Assembly: GCA_016929255.1 (NCBI GenBank)
Contig: JAFGJH010000029.1
Location: 375 to 64,374 of the forward strand
Source: Candidatus Woesearchaeota archaeon
Lineage (GTDB): Archaea > Nanobdellota > Nanobdellia > Woesearchaeales > UBA11576
Direction of reading: 5' to 3'
Length of the DNA stretch: 64,000 bases
The notes beneath the pieces were generated by a model, which made no database searches, was not told the origin of the DNA, and was given only the letters and a program-made list of their open reading frames with translations. Below, in pieces: positions 38,418 through 47,418 of this stretch; within the stretch, counting starts at the first letter, position 1, and each line of letters starts with the position of its first letter. The position numbers and the translations under genes are program-made.

Positions 38418-39026
38418 TTATTTTTGTTCCTTTTCCTTTTGATGGTTCTTGAATGCTGTTTCTATGCTGTTTATGACAGGTCTACCCATAAATTCAAGAA
38501 GAAGATGATTTGATTTTAAATTGTTAATGCCTTCTTGGCGTAATTTTTTATCTTCAAAATCAAGAGAATATTTTGCAATACCTTCAGCCATTTTACAGGA
38601 TAGGAATTTTGACTCGCTTGAAAGCTGATTGACAAGATCCAATACCAATATTTCTCCAGTAATTCCTTCTTTGTGCTCTTCTAACTCATCCAATGCAGTT
38701 TTGATTTTATAGATGAAACCTTTCACCGCTCTGTCGTATTCTTCTGAATCTGCAAGATCTATCCTTATCCTTATTGTTCCTATCTCTTCTGTTATGAACT
38801 TAAATTGTATATGCGGGAAGTCGTGTGGCTGGTCTGGATGGTGTTCAATAGCGTAATTCCTGTGTTTGGGCACATCCCTTTCTGATCTAGTCTTTACCCT
38901 GAGTGAAAATCCTTCTTCGATTATGTTGATATTTCCTCCTTCTGCCACCTCCACGCGGATTCCCGACTTAGAATCATCATACGTTGTCTGGTGAAAATAC
39001 TTATTTGAATATTTGACCCATTCCAT
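38418..39026 (-). CDS. hypothetical protein (island gene)
   Basis: 202-aa A/T-rich ORF, same strand as its neighbours; no family recognised. Confidence 0.45.
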   Translation of the reverse strand: MEWVKYSNKYFHQTTYDDSKSGIRVEVAEGGNINIIEEGFSLRVKTRSERDVPKHRNYAIEHHPDQPHDFPHIQFKFITEEIGTIRIRIDLADSEEYDRAVKGFIYKIKTALDELEEHKEGITGEILVLDLVNQLSSESKFLSCKMAEGIAKYSLDFEDKKLRQEGINNLKSNHLLLEFMGRPVINSIETAFKNHQKEKEQK

Positions 39027-39029
39027 ACA

Positions 39030-39902
39030 TTATCTCCTCGTGATATTAAACTGTTTCATGAGCTTATCTTCATAAGATAAACTATTCCACTCCGAACTCA
39101 TCTTGTTTGCTAGAGATGATGCGATGCTGCGTTTCCATTCATCTGTAACTTTCTCTTCCTCACTTAATCTCAGCGGGTCTTCCACATCAGAATTAAACGA
39201 ATCTTCACTAAGACCATGTTCGTAGTACAGTTTTCTCCATAGAACCAGATTCTCATAGTCAAGTCTAAGCGCATTCTCCTTGAAGGATATCCTAAATTCT
39301 TTGCGCAGAGCAACGCTTATTGATTTTAAGTATAATGTCAGATAATCCTTGGAGTAATGTTTATGGGTATTGTCAACTCCGAAGAATTCAGTTGGCGAGA
39401 GTGTCCTTTTTCCAATGAAAACTTTTTTAATCTGAATATCAAGTGTAAAATCTTTTTTTACACCTTTGATAACATTATGTTCAAATTCGCAGCCCACCTG
39501 TTGACCTGCAAAAGTCGTTGTAAAAAAAGCTCTTTTACGTTTATACTTAATGGCTAGAAGATTCTGGTTACCTTTTGTTTTAGTTGTTGTCCCTAGTATT
39601 TTAGCTATAACATCATTGAATGTTTCATCACCTTCTTTAAGAGCATTCAATGTTTCCCACACATCAACATCAACTTTGATATTCTTTGATCTTTTTGGTA
39701 AAGCAGTGATATTGTGTGATAGAGAATTCTGTAATGCACTTAGTTCAGCAGTAGATATTTTTTGTATATCTGAGTTAAAGTTTTTAAAAAATAGTTCAAG
39801 CTCTTTCTTTCTCGAATCATCCATGTTTTCAATCAATCTCTCATAAAACTCTATATTTCTTTTTCTAGTTGCGCTGTCGGAATTTGTTTTTTTTAGGCCC
39901 AT
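39030..39902 (-). CDS. hypothetical protein (island gene)
   Basis: 290-aa A/T-rich ORF, 4 nt from the downstream gene (operon); no family recognised. Confidence 0.45.
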   Translation of the reverse strand: MGLKKTNSDSATRKRNIEFYERLIENMDDSRKKELELFFKNFNSDIQKISTAELSALQNSLSHNITALPKRSKNIKVDVDVWETLNALKEGDETFNDVIAKILGTTTKTKGNQNLLAIKYKRKRAFFTTTFAGQQVGCEFEHNVIKGVKKDFTLDIQIKKVFIGKRTLSPTEFFGVDNTHKHYSKDYLTLYLKSISVALRKEFRISFKENALRLDYENLVLWRKLYYEHGLSEDSFNSDVEDPLRLSEEEKVTDEWKRSIASSLANKMSSEWNSLSYEDKLMKQFNITRR

Positions 39903-40000
39903 TTAGTTCACCTTGACTACTAAGTATACTTAGTATAAAGGTATACTATTATTTAAATATTCCTATTTATTTATAAATAAATGTTGAAAATTCTTCGGTT

Positions 40001-40783
40001 TTAACTGCTACTTCGTAACATACTACATATTCTTTCAAACTCCTTCGGCGTTATCTCCCCATACGCCAGCCTTCTCTTGGCAATATCCAGCGGGTCCTCG
40101 GGCTGCTGCGGTGCGGCTGTTATTGACGCTGCCTGGCTCTGCGGTTTGTCATCTACATCCACATCCTCTACCATCTTGTTGAGTTCTGTGTCAAGGATCC
40201 ATGTGTAGGTCAGAGTGGTGTCTATCTCATCATGCCTCATGAAATGCTGCACTTTTTCGATTGGCACGCCATTATTCAATAAATGTGTACACCTGGAATG
40301 CCTCAGCGTATGAAATTTATACTGGTGCTGGACTCTGCCGCAGCCGTCCTCATGGATTGGCTTGAACATCCCTGCCCGTTCCATTGCCTTCTTGTAGTCC
40401 TTGTAGATTCCACTCTTTGTGTAATGGGGCATGCCGTAGATGTCTGAAGGCAGAAAGTATTCCTCATCAGGGTTCATCAGCTTCCACTTCTGCAATACAG
40501 GAATACATACCGAACTTATAGGCACGAAGCCATCCTTGTAGTTCTTGCCCTCAACAACCTTCAAGCGCTTGTTGTCCAGATCAATGTCAGTCCACCTTAA
40601 CTTAGCCACCTCTGAAATACGCAGGGCACAGAAGAAAGCCATAAACGTGGCCATCATGGTCTTGGGTGTGTTGATATGGTCGAACAGCTTAACCATTTCA
40701 TTCTTGAAGAAGACATTCGGATACTTCCGACGTTTCTTCTTGGTTTCCTGTGTCTTGCTTAAAGGTTTTCTTGGCCGCGCCAT
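40001..40783 (-). CDS. tyrosine recombinase/integrase (XerC/D-phage integrase family)
   Basis: Catalytic-domain motifs ALRISEV (Arg I), HTLRHSRCTHLLNNGVPIEKVQHFMRHDEIDTTLTYTW (H-x-x-R ... Y nucleophile region). Confidence 0.8.
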   Translation of the reverse strand: MARPRKPLSKTQETKKKRRKYPNVFFKNEMVKLFDHINTPKTMMATFMAFFCALRISEVAKLRWTDIDLDNKRLKVVEGKNYKDGFVPISSVCIPVLQKWKLMNPDEEYFLPSDIYGMPHYTKSGIYKDYKKAMERAGMFKPIHEDGCGRVQHQYKFHTLRHSRCTHLLNNGVPIEKVQHFMRHDEIDTTLTYTWILDTELNKMVEDVDVDDKPQSQAASITAAPQQPEDPLDIAKRRLAYGEITPKEFERICSMLRSSS

Positions 40784-41181
40784 TTTAGACCTCCAATCAC
40801 AGCCATCATCTCAGCCATGATATCCTTGCCTGCCTTTGTGTTCATCATCCTGCGCCATTCATAGCTCATAGTCATGCCATCCTTGATAGAGACCTTTCTA
40901 GCTTTGAGCTTTTCCTTGACATGAGACGGTGCGCGTTCCAGAAGCAGCCAGCAATAGACCGTCTTTGGGCTCAGCTCGTGCTTCATCAGTAGGTCGTAGA
41001 TTGCCCTTTGTGTCTCATTCAATTCCTTGTGCTTGCCTTCCCGAAAGCTCTGCACCTGCAACACCAATCCAACCAGCTCCTTGTCCGGTGTGTCCTTTGT
41101 GACCGGCTTCAAAATCTGTCGGATGGCTTCTATCCGCTCAAACACATTCATCTTTTTCCATTTCCTGTTCATGGGTTTCAT
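40759..41181 (-). CDS. hypothetical protein upstream of and overlapping the integrase start (possible regulator/excisionase-like)
   Basis: 140-aa ORF; repeated motif actttgtataacaaagcgatatc just upstream (41211-41236). Confidence 0.4.
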   Translation of the reverse strand: MKPMNRKWKKMNVFERIEAIRQILKPVTKDTPDKELVGLVLQVQSFREGKHKELNETQRAIYDLLMKHELSPKTVYCWLLLERAPSHVKEKLKARKVSIKDGMTMSYEWRRMMNTKAGKDIMAEMMAVIGGLKWRGQENL

Positions 41182-41941
41182 ACCTCATGTATAATCCCAG
41201 AACACGAATAAAAACTTTGTATAACAAAGCGATATCAATAAATAGAAACAGCCACATCATCTGGTAAAACAGGGGAAACACCCCCATAAAAACAATCCCG
41301 ACTGCATCGGGATTGTTGAACGGGTAAAAAGGAATGAGTGCCGACTGCATCGGCATCATTCCTTTCTTCCCCATTTTATTTCACTGCGATGCCGGGAGGT
41401 GAGACCAGCGAACCTGAGGTTCGCGCTGACTCGCAGCCCTATTTTTATCCATCCGTGACAGAAAATCGGTTTTTGTGATCTACAATCACTTCTCGAACGC
41501 TTTCAAGCCGCCCTTCTTGAAAAGAGAATATGCGCGAAGGAAACTGAGTATCATATCAGAAGAGTCAAGGCCAGAATACTTCTGAAGAACATGAAAACCT
41601 GACTTGGTATTATTGTCATGCGTCTTGTAGAATATCGAGAAATAGCAATAGAAAAGGCATCGTCCGACGAGCTCGCTGTCAGAAGCGGCCAGCCCCGTGC
41701 CTGAAAACTCATTCATCTTATTCATGAGCGGCCTGAACCTCTCAGCGTTTAGCTTTATCGTGATCTGCTTTGTGATTCAATCACCTCTAAAGCGCATGAT
41801 ATCTTCAGGCAACACATAAAATAGGCTATTATTTAATTGTTTTGAAAATCGCCAGGACTGCAGCCCATGCCAAAAATGTCACACTTTCGTCTGTTTCTTC
41901 CCAATTTTGTTTATAAATCTGTTTAACATACATATCACATC

Positions 41942-42199
41942 ATGACATATTCGTCTTGCTGTGAAAATGAGAATTATTGCGCGAGCCAGGGCAGTGCAGG
42001 GAGCGGTACGGGCAGAGACAACCCTATAAGGGACGCGTACGGAAGCAGCATCCTGCAGACCAGCAATTCTGAACACAGCTGGTACCAGAACGGAAACAGC
42101 AATCCGGGCTATGATGCAGGCATAAACAAGGTAGCTGGAGCGTACACGAGCACACCTGTTTGCGGCAGATTCGAGGCTGCGAACAACCTCCTGCTGTGA
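41942..42199 (+). CDS. small Gly/Ser/Asn/Cys-rich ORF (possibly N-terminal part of the next gene if a frameshift is present)
   Basis: 85-aa ORF ending 2 nt before the ATG at 42202 of the HExxH protein, in a different frame. Confidence 0.2.
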   Translation: MTYSSCCENENYCASQGSAGSGTGRDNPIRDAYGSSILQTSNSEHSWYQNGNSNPGYDAGINKVAGAYTSTPVCGRFEAANNLLL

Positions 42200-42201
42200 A
42201 G

Positions 42202-43146
42202 ATGGGCTACGCACCATGCAACAGCTGCTACAGCGCGGCATCAGCCATGCGCCTTGAGCAGGCAGTCAACAAGTTCTACATAAACGGAGATGTGCACATA
42301 AACAACGGCAGCATAAACCAAGGTATACAGCACACGATAGCCGCGCAGAGGACGGGCGACGTGCATGTCTACAGCCAAAGCATAGACAACAGGGTCGGAG
42401 TGCAGCAGGTAAATTATGTGCTGAACATGGATAACAGGAAGGTCGAGTTCGTCTCTCCCTATATTGGCGGAGAAGGACGGCATGAATCGGGTTACGACAC
42501 CAGAAACAGCAGGTATCTCCTCTCCAGCCCTCCGGACAGCCATGACAATAGCCAGGCATCCTCTTATCAGCAGACAATAACTTCAGGCCTGCTCAAGCCA
42601 AAGCGCCCCCTCACACAGTTCGTTGAGAGCGCAGAGGAGATAGAAGGCATCGTCCGCGAGACATTCGAGAAGCTGACGGGACAGGAATTCCCCGACGACA
42701 TAGTCGTGCGGGTGCTGGCAGAGGAAGAGATGAAGAGAGCGCACAAGGCGAACGGCGGGAAGTGGAGCCCCGGGATAATGGGATTCGCGCTGAACAGGGC
42801 GCCGTACCCGAGCGCGATCTTCGTGCGGAAGAACCACCTCGACGCACTGATGTTGACGGTCGGCCACGAGCTGGGCCACGTGCTCAGCGAAAGGCTTCCC
42901 AATGAGCTGGATGAAGAAGCTAAAGCATTCGCATTCGAGCTCGCCTGGACAAAGTGCATAATCAAGAACGACATCGGCGGGCTCGCGGCGAACTTCAATG
43001 CAGACTTCATGCCCGCAGCAAACGGACTTCATGACAGGGCATTCGCGTTCGTGCAGAGCCTGGTCAGGAAAGGCAAGGAAGCGCTGAAAGTATTCTGGGA
43101 GATAGCCAAAGGTGCTGCCCGTTTCGATGAAAAAGCATTTATATGA
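42202..43146 (+). CDS. HExxH zinc-metallopeptidase-like protein
   Basis: LTVGHELGHVLSERLP (HExxH) with a downstream Glu-rich segment AFAFELAW. The longer ORF-track start at 42160 gives an odd Cys-rich N-terminus; starts at 42202 or 42247 are more plausible. Confidence 0.5.
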   Translation: MGYAPCNSCYSAASAMRLEQAVNKFYINGDVHINNGSINQGIQHTIAAQRTGDVHVYSQSIDNRVGVQQVNYVLNMDNRKVEFVSPYIGGEGRHESGYDTRNSRYLLSSPPDSHDNSQASSYQQTITSGLLKPKRPLTQFVESAEEIEGIVRETFEKLTGQEFPDDIVVRVLAEEEMKRAHKANGGKWSPGIMGFALNRAPYPSAIFVRKNHLDALMLTVGHELGHVLSERLPNELDEEAKAFAFELAWTKCIIKNDIGGLAANFNADFMPAANGLHDRAFAFVQSLVRKGKEALKVFWEIAKGAARFDEKAFI

Positions 43147-43598
43147 CGACACATAATCCTCCCCTCATGGAAACAAAGCAGGAGGTCACTAACAAGTTCA
43201 TCGTTGGACTTACCCTGATCATAGCGTCACTGGTTATAGGAAAACTGGTCCTAATACCCATCATACTGTTCACTCAGAACCTTAAGTGGGAATCAGCAAT
43301 GATCATCACATACATATTCTCATGGGTGATACTGTTCACAGGCATCGGCTTTGCAGGATGGGAAGGGTACAGGCTGGTGACGCACAAGTACAGGGAATAC
43401 CAAAGAAGGACAATAGAGCAGGTCAAGCACCACAGCAGGAAAGCTGCAGAGCACACCAAGAACGCAGCATACAAGACAAAGGAGATGGCGAATAAGACAA
43501 GGTGTGTGACCCTGCAGGGTGTGGACAGGCTCAAGAAAAATCTCCGTGCATCCGAAAAAGAGCTCATGAAAGGGATACGCAGGAAACGCGGGCTGTGA
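43143..43598 (+). CDS. membrane protein (2 TM) with basic C-terminal tail
   Basis: FIVGLTLIIASLVIGKLVLIPIILF and MIITYIFSWVILFTGIGFAGW; ATGA overlap with the upstream gene. Confidence 0.45.
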   Translation: MTTHNPPLMETKQEVTNKFIVGLTLIIASLVIGKLVLIPIILFTQNLKWESAMIITYIFSWVILFTGIGFAGWEGYRLVTHKYREYQRRTIEQVKHHSRKAAEHTKNAAYKTKEMANKTRCVTLQGVDRLKKNLRASEKELMKGIRRKRGL

Positions 43599-43712
43599 CT
43601 TTTTAGTCCCAGAAACACCTATTCTTCTTCAAAAGTATTTATAAAGGAAGATGTCTTTATACCCTGCATCAGAATATTTTGTCATTAGTAATGGTAGAAC
43701 GGAGGGCATAAA

Positions 43713-44003
43713 ATGGCAATCAAGGAAGTCAAGACCGGAACGAAACCGGCAGCAAAACCGATGGCGGGAGGCGCAAGCAAGGACGAGCAGGTAGGATTCC
43801 ACAAAGGAGCGCTTTCCACACTGGCAAAAGAGAGGGAAGAGATGCTCAAGATACTGAGCATAGTGGAGCAGCTCATGCAGATGCATGTCGCAGCGCTCAA
43901 AGAGCTCGGAGTGGATCTGGAGAGGATGGCCAAGCAGGCGCAGGCAGCGCAGGCGACAGCAAAGGCAGGCAAGCCCGCACCGCTTGAGAAGAAGCTCAGG
44001 TAA
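43713..44003 (+). CDS. hypothetical small protein
   Basis: GGAGGG Shine-Dalgarno 8 nt upstream (aacggagggcataaaATG). Preferred over the overlapping minus-strand ORF 43629-44087, whose product is Cys/Arg-rich. Confidence 0.45.
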   Translation: MAIKEVKTGTKPAAKPMAGGASKDEQVGFHKGALSTLAKEREEMLKILSIVEQLMQMHVAALKELGVDLERMAKQAQAAQATAKAGKPAPLEKKLR

Positions 44004-44252
44004 AATATTTTTCATTTTTCCATCAGCCCTTTCATCACAGGCTCGCATGTCGGCTGCGGCGGTGTTAACTGCGCTTATGCATACCACAAAGAGGCGTTTT
44101 TCTCCAAAGGCAGCAGCACAATCCTGGTCACGGATGTCACACTATCCTGCAGTCCAGCCCAACAGTGCTTAAAAGCGAACAGCCCATAATCATCCCCGGG
44201 TGGTATGGGATGTCACAAAGTCACAGCCACACTAAAGATATGAGGGATTGGG

Positions 44253-44912
44253 ATGCAGGAACAAGCACAGGCAAGCACGCCCGCAAAGGACATTTACTCT
44301 GACGGAATAAAAGAGGCAGGCAAGCTGGACACCCAGAGCGGCAGGAAAGCCAACATGATCCAGAGGGCATACGAGGCAGCAGTATCAGACCTCGGATACT
44401 CCGACAAGGAGCTGATGGACCCTTCGAAAGCAAAGAAGGTCGCCAAGCTGATGTTCAGCGACAGGTACCTCGGCAACGCCGGGTTCAACCCGCTCGTCGG
44501 CAAAGACTTCACGAAGCTGGACGCGATAGAACAGCAGAGGGAATACGAGCACTCGCTCGGCATGAACCTTGACTCATTCGTCCGCAACGGAGGGGTCATC
44601 GACAGGTACGGAGGACTGAGGAGAGGCTCAATAACCGACGCTGTAGAGAGGCACTTCACAGCACAGACAGCACAGCATCTCGCAGGGCTCGCGTGGCAGA
44701 AGGCATACGACCCTGACAGATCACTGTCAGAGAACATGGCAAGCTACGCCAGGGTGCTCAGCGAAGACCCAATACTGGCGCACACAGGAGCGAAGCTTGA
44801 CCCTGGGAAGTTCGACAGCGTCGACGACATAGCACAGGCGCTAACCACATCCTGGGCAGGAAGGTCTTCAAGGGAAGGGTACCAGTACAAGCACTGTGTC
44901 GATTTCAACTGA
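44253..44912 (+). CDS. hypothetical protein
   Basis: GAGGGA Shine-Dalgarno upstream of the ATG; protein-like composition. Confidence 0.5.
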   Translation: MQEQAQASTPAKDIYSDGIKEAGKLDTQSGRKANMIQRAYEAAVSDLGYSDKELMDPSKAKKVAKLMFSDRYLGNAGFNPLVGKDFTKLDAIEQQREYEHSLGMNLDSFVRNGGVIDRYGGLRRGSITDAVERHFTAQTAQHLAGLAWQKAYDPDRSLSENMASYARVLSEDPILAHTGAKLDPGKFDSVDDIAQALTTSWAGRSSREGYQYKHCVDFN

Positions 44913-44952
44913 TGCCTGAAATGTTTTTTCATTTTTATTTTAATATCTGACC

Positions 44953-46008
44953 ATGGAAGCGAACACAGCATACAGGATATCGCAGTATCCGGCACGTGAA
45001 GGTTCAGATAGTTCCACCTCTTACTTCTGCAGAGCTGACAGCGACCATGAAAGGAAGAAAAAAGAGCTCACATACATGATCAGGAAGGAGATTGACGCAG
45101 AGATACATCCCCATTTAAGGGAAATATCCCACCGGTTCGCGCAAGGGATAACGGACCTGCTCTACACATCCGGCAGGGAAGAACCTTTTCCGACGAGAAG
45201 GCAGACCCTCGACTACTTCGACAGGTCATTCATGCAGAGAGAGCTGAGGAGGGTCAAGGGAAACATAACCCAGTACGCAAGGGACGCGCTCGGCGCAGTG
45301 GACGAGGGCGAAGTGAACAACCTGCGCAGGAACGTCTACAGGCAGATAGAGAAGTACGGACTTGGCGGCCTCGTGGACGCGGCAAGGCCGTGGAAGCAGA
45401 CACCTCTCGAAGACACCATAAACCTGAACTATGTCAAGCCTGACAAGGTAGAGACCACGCTCACCGGCGTGCTCTCAGGATACAAGAATGTCATAAACCC
45501 GGGGCTCTACGACGACATAAGCGCAAGGATAAAGGAAAAGGCACCAGTCATAGCAGAGAGGATATCCCCTTATGCTCCTACACCTGAGAACAGGCTGAAA
45601 GACATCATGGGCACCACTGAAGGGGTGAGAAGCTACACAGGAGCCAGACAGACATTCGAGAGGCAGGTGGTCTATGACGCGCTGTCAGCAGCAGGATTCG
45701 ACAAGAGCAAAGCAGCAAAGTACCTCGGAGACTCGCTCAGGACGCTCAACAGGAGGATAGCAGAGCTAGGCATGGAAGAGCAGGCAAGGAAAGGAGAGCA
45801 GACAAATGAGATGCCGCGTGACAATGTCGTGCGCATAGACGAGTTCGTGCAGAAGAAGCTTGAGCCAGACATGCCGCCCCGGGCAGTCGGCGAGATAGAG
45901 AGGTTCCAGCAGCTGGTCAGGGAATACAATGCGAGGAGGGAATCAGCAAGAGAGAAGAAAGGACAGAAGAATAAACAGCAGAAGGTCAAGATAATGATTG
46001 CTGATTAG
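44953..46008 (+). CDS. hypothetical protein with C-terminal Fis-type HTH
   Basis: VVYDALSAAGFDKSKAAKYLGDSLRTLNRRIAELGM resembles the Fis-family HTH; the rest is unassigned. Confidence 0.45.
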   Translation: MEANTAYRISQYPAREGSDSSTSYFCRADSDHERKKKELTYMIRKEIDAEIHPHLREISHRFAQGITDLLYTSGREEPFPTRRQTLDYFDRSFMQRELRRVKGNITQYARDALGAVDEGEVNNLRRNVYRQIEKYGLGGLVDAARPWKQTPLEDTINLNYVKPDKVETTLTGVLSGYKNVINPGLYDDISARIKEKAPVIAERISPYAPTPENRLKDIMGTTEGVRSYTGARQTFERQVVYDALSAAGFDKSKAAKYLGDSLRTLNRRIAELGMEEQARKGEQTNEMPRDNVVRIDEFVQKKLEPDMPPRAVGEIERFQQLVREYNARRESAREKKGQKNKQQKVKIMIAD

Positions 46009-46071
46009 GTATCCTGCAAAACATTTAAATATGCTCCTTCTTTGAAAGCCATATAAAGAGGTATCTGCATC

Positions 46072-46635
46072 ATGACCCTGATAAAAAAAGCGGTGAATGA
46101 AGGCAAATCAGCCGATCCAAAAGATGACCTTCTCAGGTACATGAGTCTTGCGGTGGACACAGAGAAGCGAGGAATAGAATTCTACACCGAGGCCAAGAAG
46201 AAGGTCAACGACTACAACATGACACGGCTCATGGACGTCCTGCTGGAGCAGGAATGCATACACCTCAAGTTCTTCACAGACATCTACAACGCAGAGAAGA
46301 AGAAAGGGCTTGAAGAGGCGGCAGACAAGGCTGCAGCATACAAAGGACAGCCCGCGTTGAAGAGCCCCCTGTTCAGCACGCAGCACCTGCACGAGGCGGT
46401 CAAGAAGAAGACCACCATATACCACCTCTTCAACCAGGCAGCGGAATTCGAGCAGAAAGGCCACGACCTGTACATGGACCTCGCAAAGAGGATAAAGAAC
46501 AGGAAGATAAGCGACTTCCTGAAGATGGTCGCGGCAGAGGAGCTCAGGCACAGGGACTTCATACTCATGCACCAGGAAGCCATATACGACACAGGCCACT
46601 GGCTGGGCCTGGAGCACGTAAGGCTGGAGATGTGA
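46072..46635 (+). CDS. ferritin-like/rubrerythrin-like diiron-carboxylate protein
   Basis: Two E...H pairs (EQECIHLKFF, EELRHRDF) and E-rich helices typical of the ferritin-like four-helix bundle. Confidence 0.55.
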   Translation: MTLIKKAVNEGKSADPKDDLLRYMSLAVDTEKRGIEFYTEAKKKVNDYNMTRLMDVLLEQECIHLKFFTDIYNAEKKKGLEEAADKAAAYKGQPALKSPLFSTQHLHEAVKKKTTIYHLFNQAAEFEQKGHDLYMDLAKRIKNRKISDFLKMVAAEELRHRDFILMHQEAIYDTGHWLGLEHVRLEM

Positions 46636-46653
46636 TTTCCATTATTTCTATGG

Positions 46654-46709
46654 CAGCATCAAAGCATGCTAAAAGCATGCTAGACCTGCTGCGCCGGATT
46701 TGATGCTGC
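46654..46709 (+). repeat. stem-loop: 11-bp perfect inverted repeat (gcagcatcaaa / tttgatgctgc) enclosing tandem GCATGC palindromes
   Basis: Lies 19 nt after the ferritin-like gene stop; the loop contains aagcatgctaaaagcatgctag. Confidence 0.45.
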
Positions 46710-46824
46710 AGCGGACATATTTGTCACGCATTCTTACATTCCCGTTGATAAAACACTATAAACCATGCCCGCATATATACTGCCGGGCAGTCCTGGAACT
46801 GCACTAATGTCACAGGTGATATGT

Positions 46825-47391
46825 ATGCAGAAAGAAACCGACAACGCAAGCATGAGGGCCCCGATATATTTGGGAGACAACCTGTCAAAAGAGGATGGAA
46901 AAAAGAAGGGCAGCAAGGAAAAGAGGCAGTATGATGAGGCACTGAAAAGGTTCCTTAAGGAGCTTGGCATAGACCCTATCGAAGATGAGGATGACCTGCT
47001 GATGGTGCCCGGCAGGCTGGCATATCTTGGAGGCGGCGAGAAGGGGATGACCGGAATGATGTCCTCAATACCTTACAGCACACCGCCGTCGATGATGGGC
47101 AGAGGAGGATACGGGCCGATGGCAGTCCAGCCAGGCATGAGGTCGCCGCAGATGCCCTATCTTGGAGACAGCAACACATCAATGATCAGCATAAGCTACA
47201 CATCACCTGACGGCACGCTGTACCACATGGGCGTGACCGCGCCGCAAGAGTACAGAGGAAAGGCGCTCTACAATGTCCTGTGCGGACTCTACGGGCTGAT
47301 GATGGCTGAAGGAGACAAGTCAGGGAAGTACAGCGGAGGTAAAGGAATAAAAGGATATGCAGGCAGCAGCTATGCTAGTGGAGGGAAGTAG
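46825..47391 (+). CDS. Gly/Ser/Met/Tyr-rich low-complexity protein
   Basis: AGGTGA Shine-Dalgarno 5 nt before the ATG at 46825 (MQKETDN...); the ORF-track start at 46765 is less likely. Repetitive GG(Y/M)G segments. Confidence 0.4.
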   Translation: MQKETDNASMRAPIYLGDNLSKEDGKKKGSKEKRQYDEALKRFLKELGIDPIEDEDDLLMVPGRLAYLGGGEKGMTGMMSSIPYSTPPSMMGRGGYGPMAVQPGMRSPQMPYLGDSNTSMISISYTSPDGTLYHMGVTAPQEYRGKALYNVLCGLYGLMMAEGDKSGKYSGGKGIKGYAGSSYASGGK

Positions 47392-47418
47392 ACATCTCTG
47401 TTAGGATGTACTCCAACT

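Larger units (their letters stand above)
31811..41240. mobile_element. putative integrated mobile/defence island next to the tRNA cluster (low-GC; MmeI-like RM enzyme, bacterial-type MetK, MobC-like RHH, membrane nuclease-like protein, unknowns, tyrosine integrase)
   Basis: A marked drop in GC and a shift to A/T-rich codons begin right after the tRNA-Gly gene. There is a tyrosine recombinase at 40001-40783 and a MobC-like gene. Bacterial-type genes sit inside. A repeated promoter-like motif caaagcgatat occurs at 38078 and 41225. Boundaries are approximate. Confidence 0.55.

Noticed and set aside
41380-41450. GC-rich hairpin region (CAGCGAACC-UGA-GGUUCGCGCUG) as a possible tRNA 3' fragment or attR partner of the 22-nt tRNA repeat
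   Set aside because: No acceptor/T-arm pattern could be built on either strand. Its only similarity to the 31490-31600 region is a GCGAACC 8-mer, which is within chance expectation for 64 kb.
43629-44087. 152-aa minus-strand ORF overlapping 43713-44003
   Set aside because: Cys/Arg/Leu-rich product without a Shine-Dalgarno site; the plus-strand ORF has a GGAGGG Shine-Dalgarno and protein-like composition.
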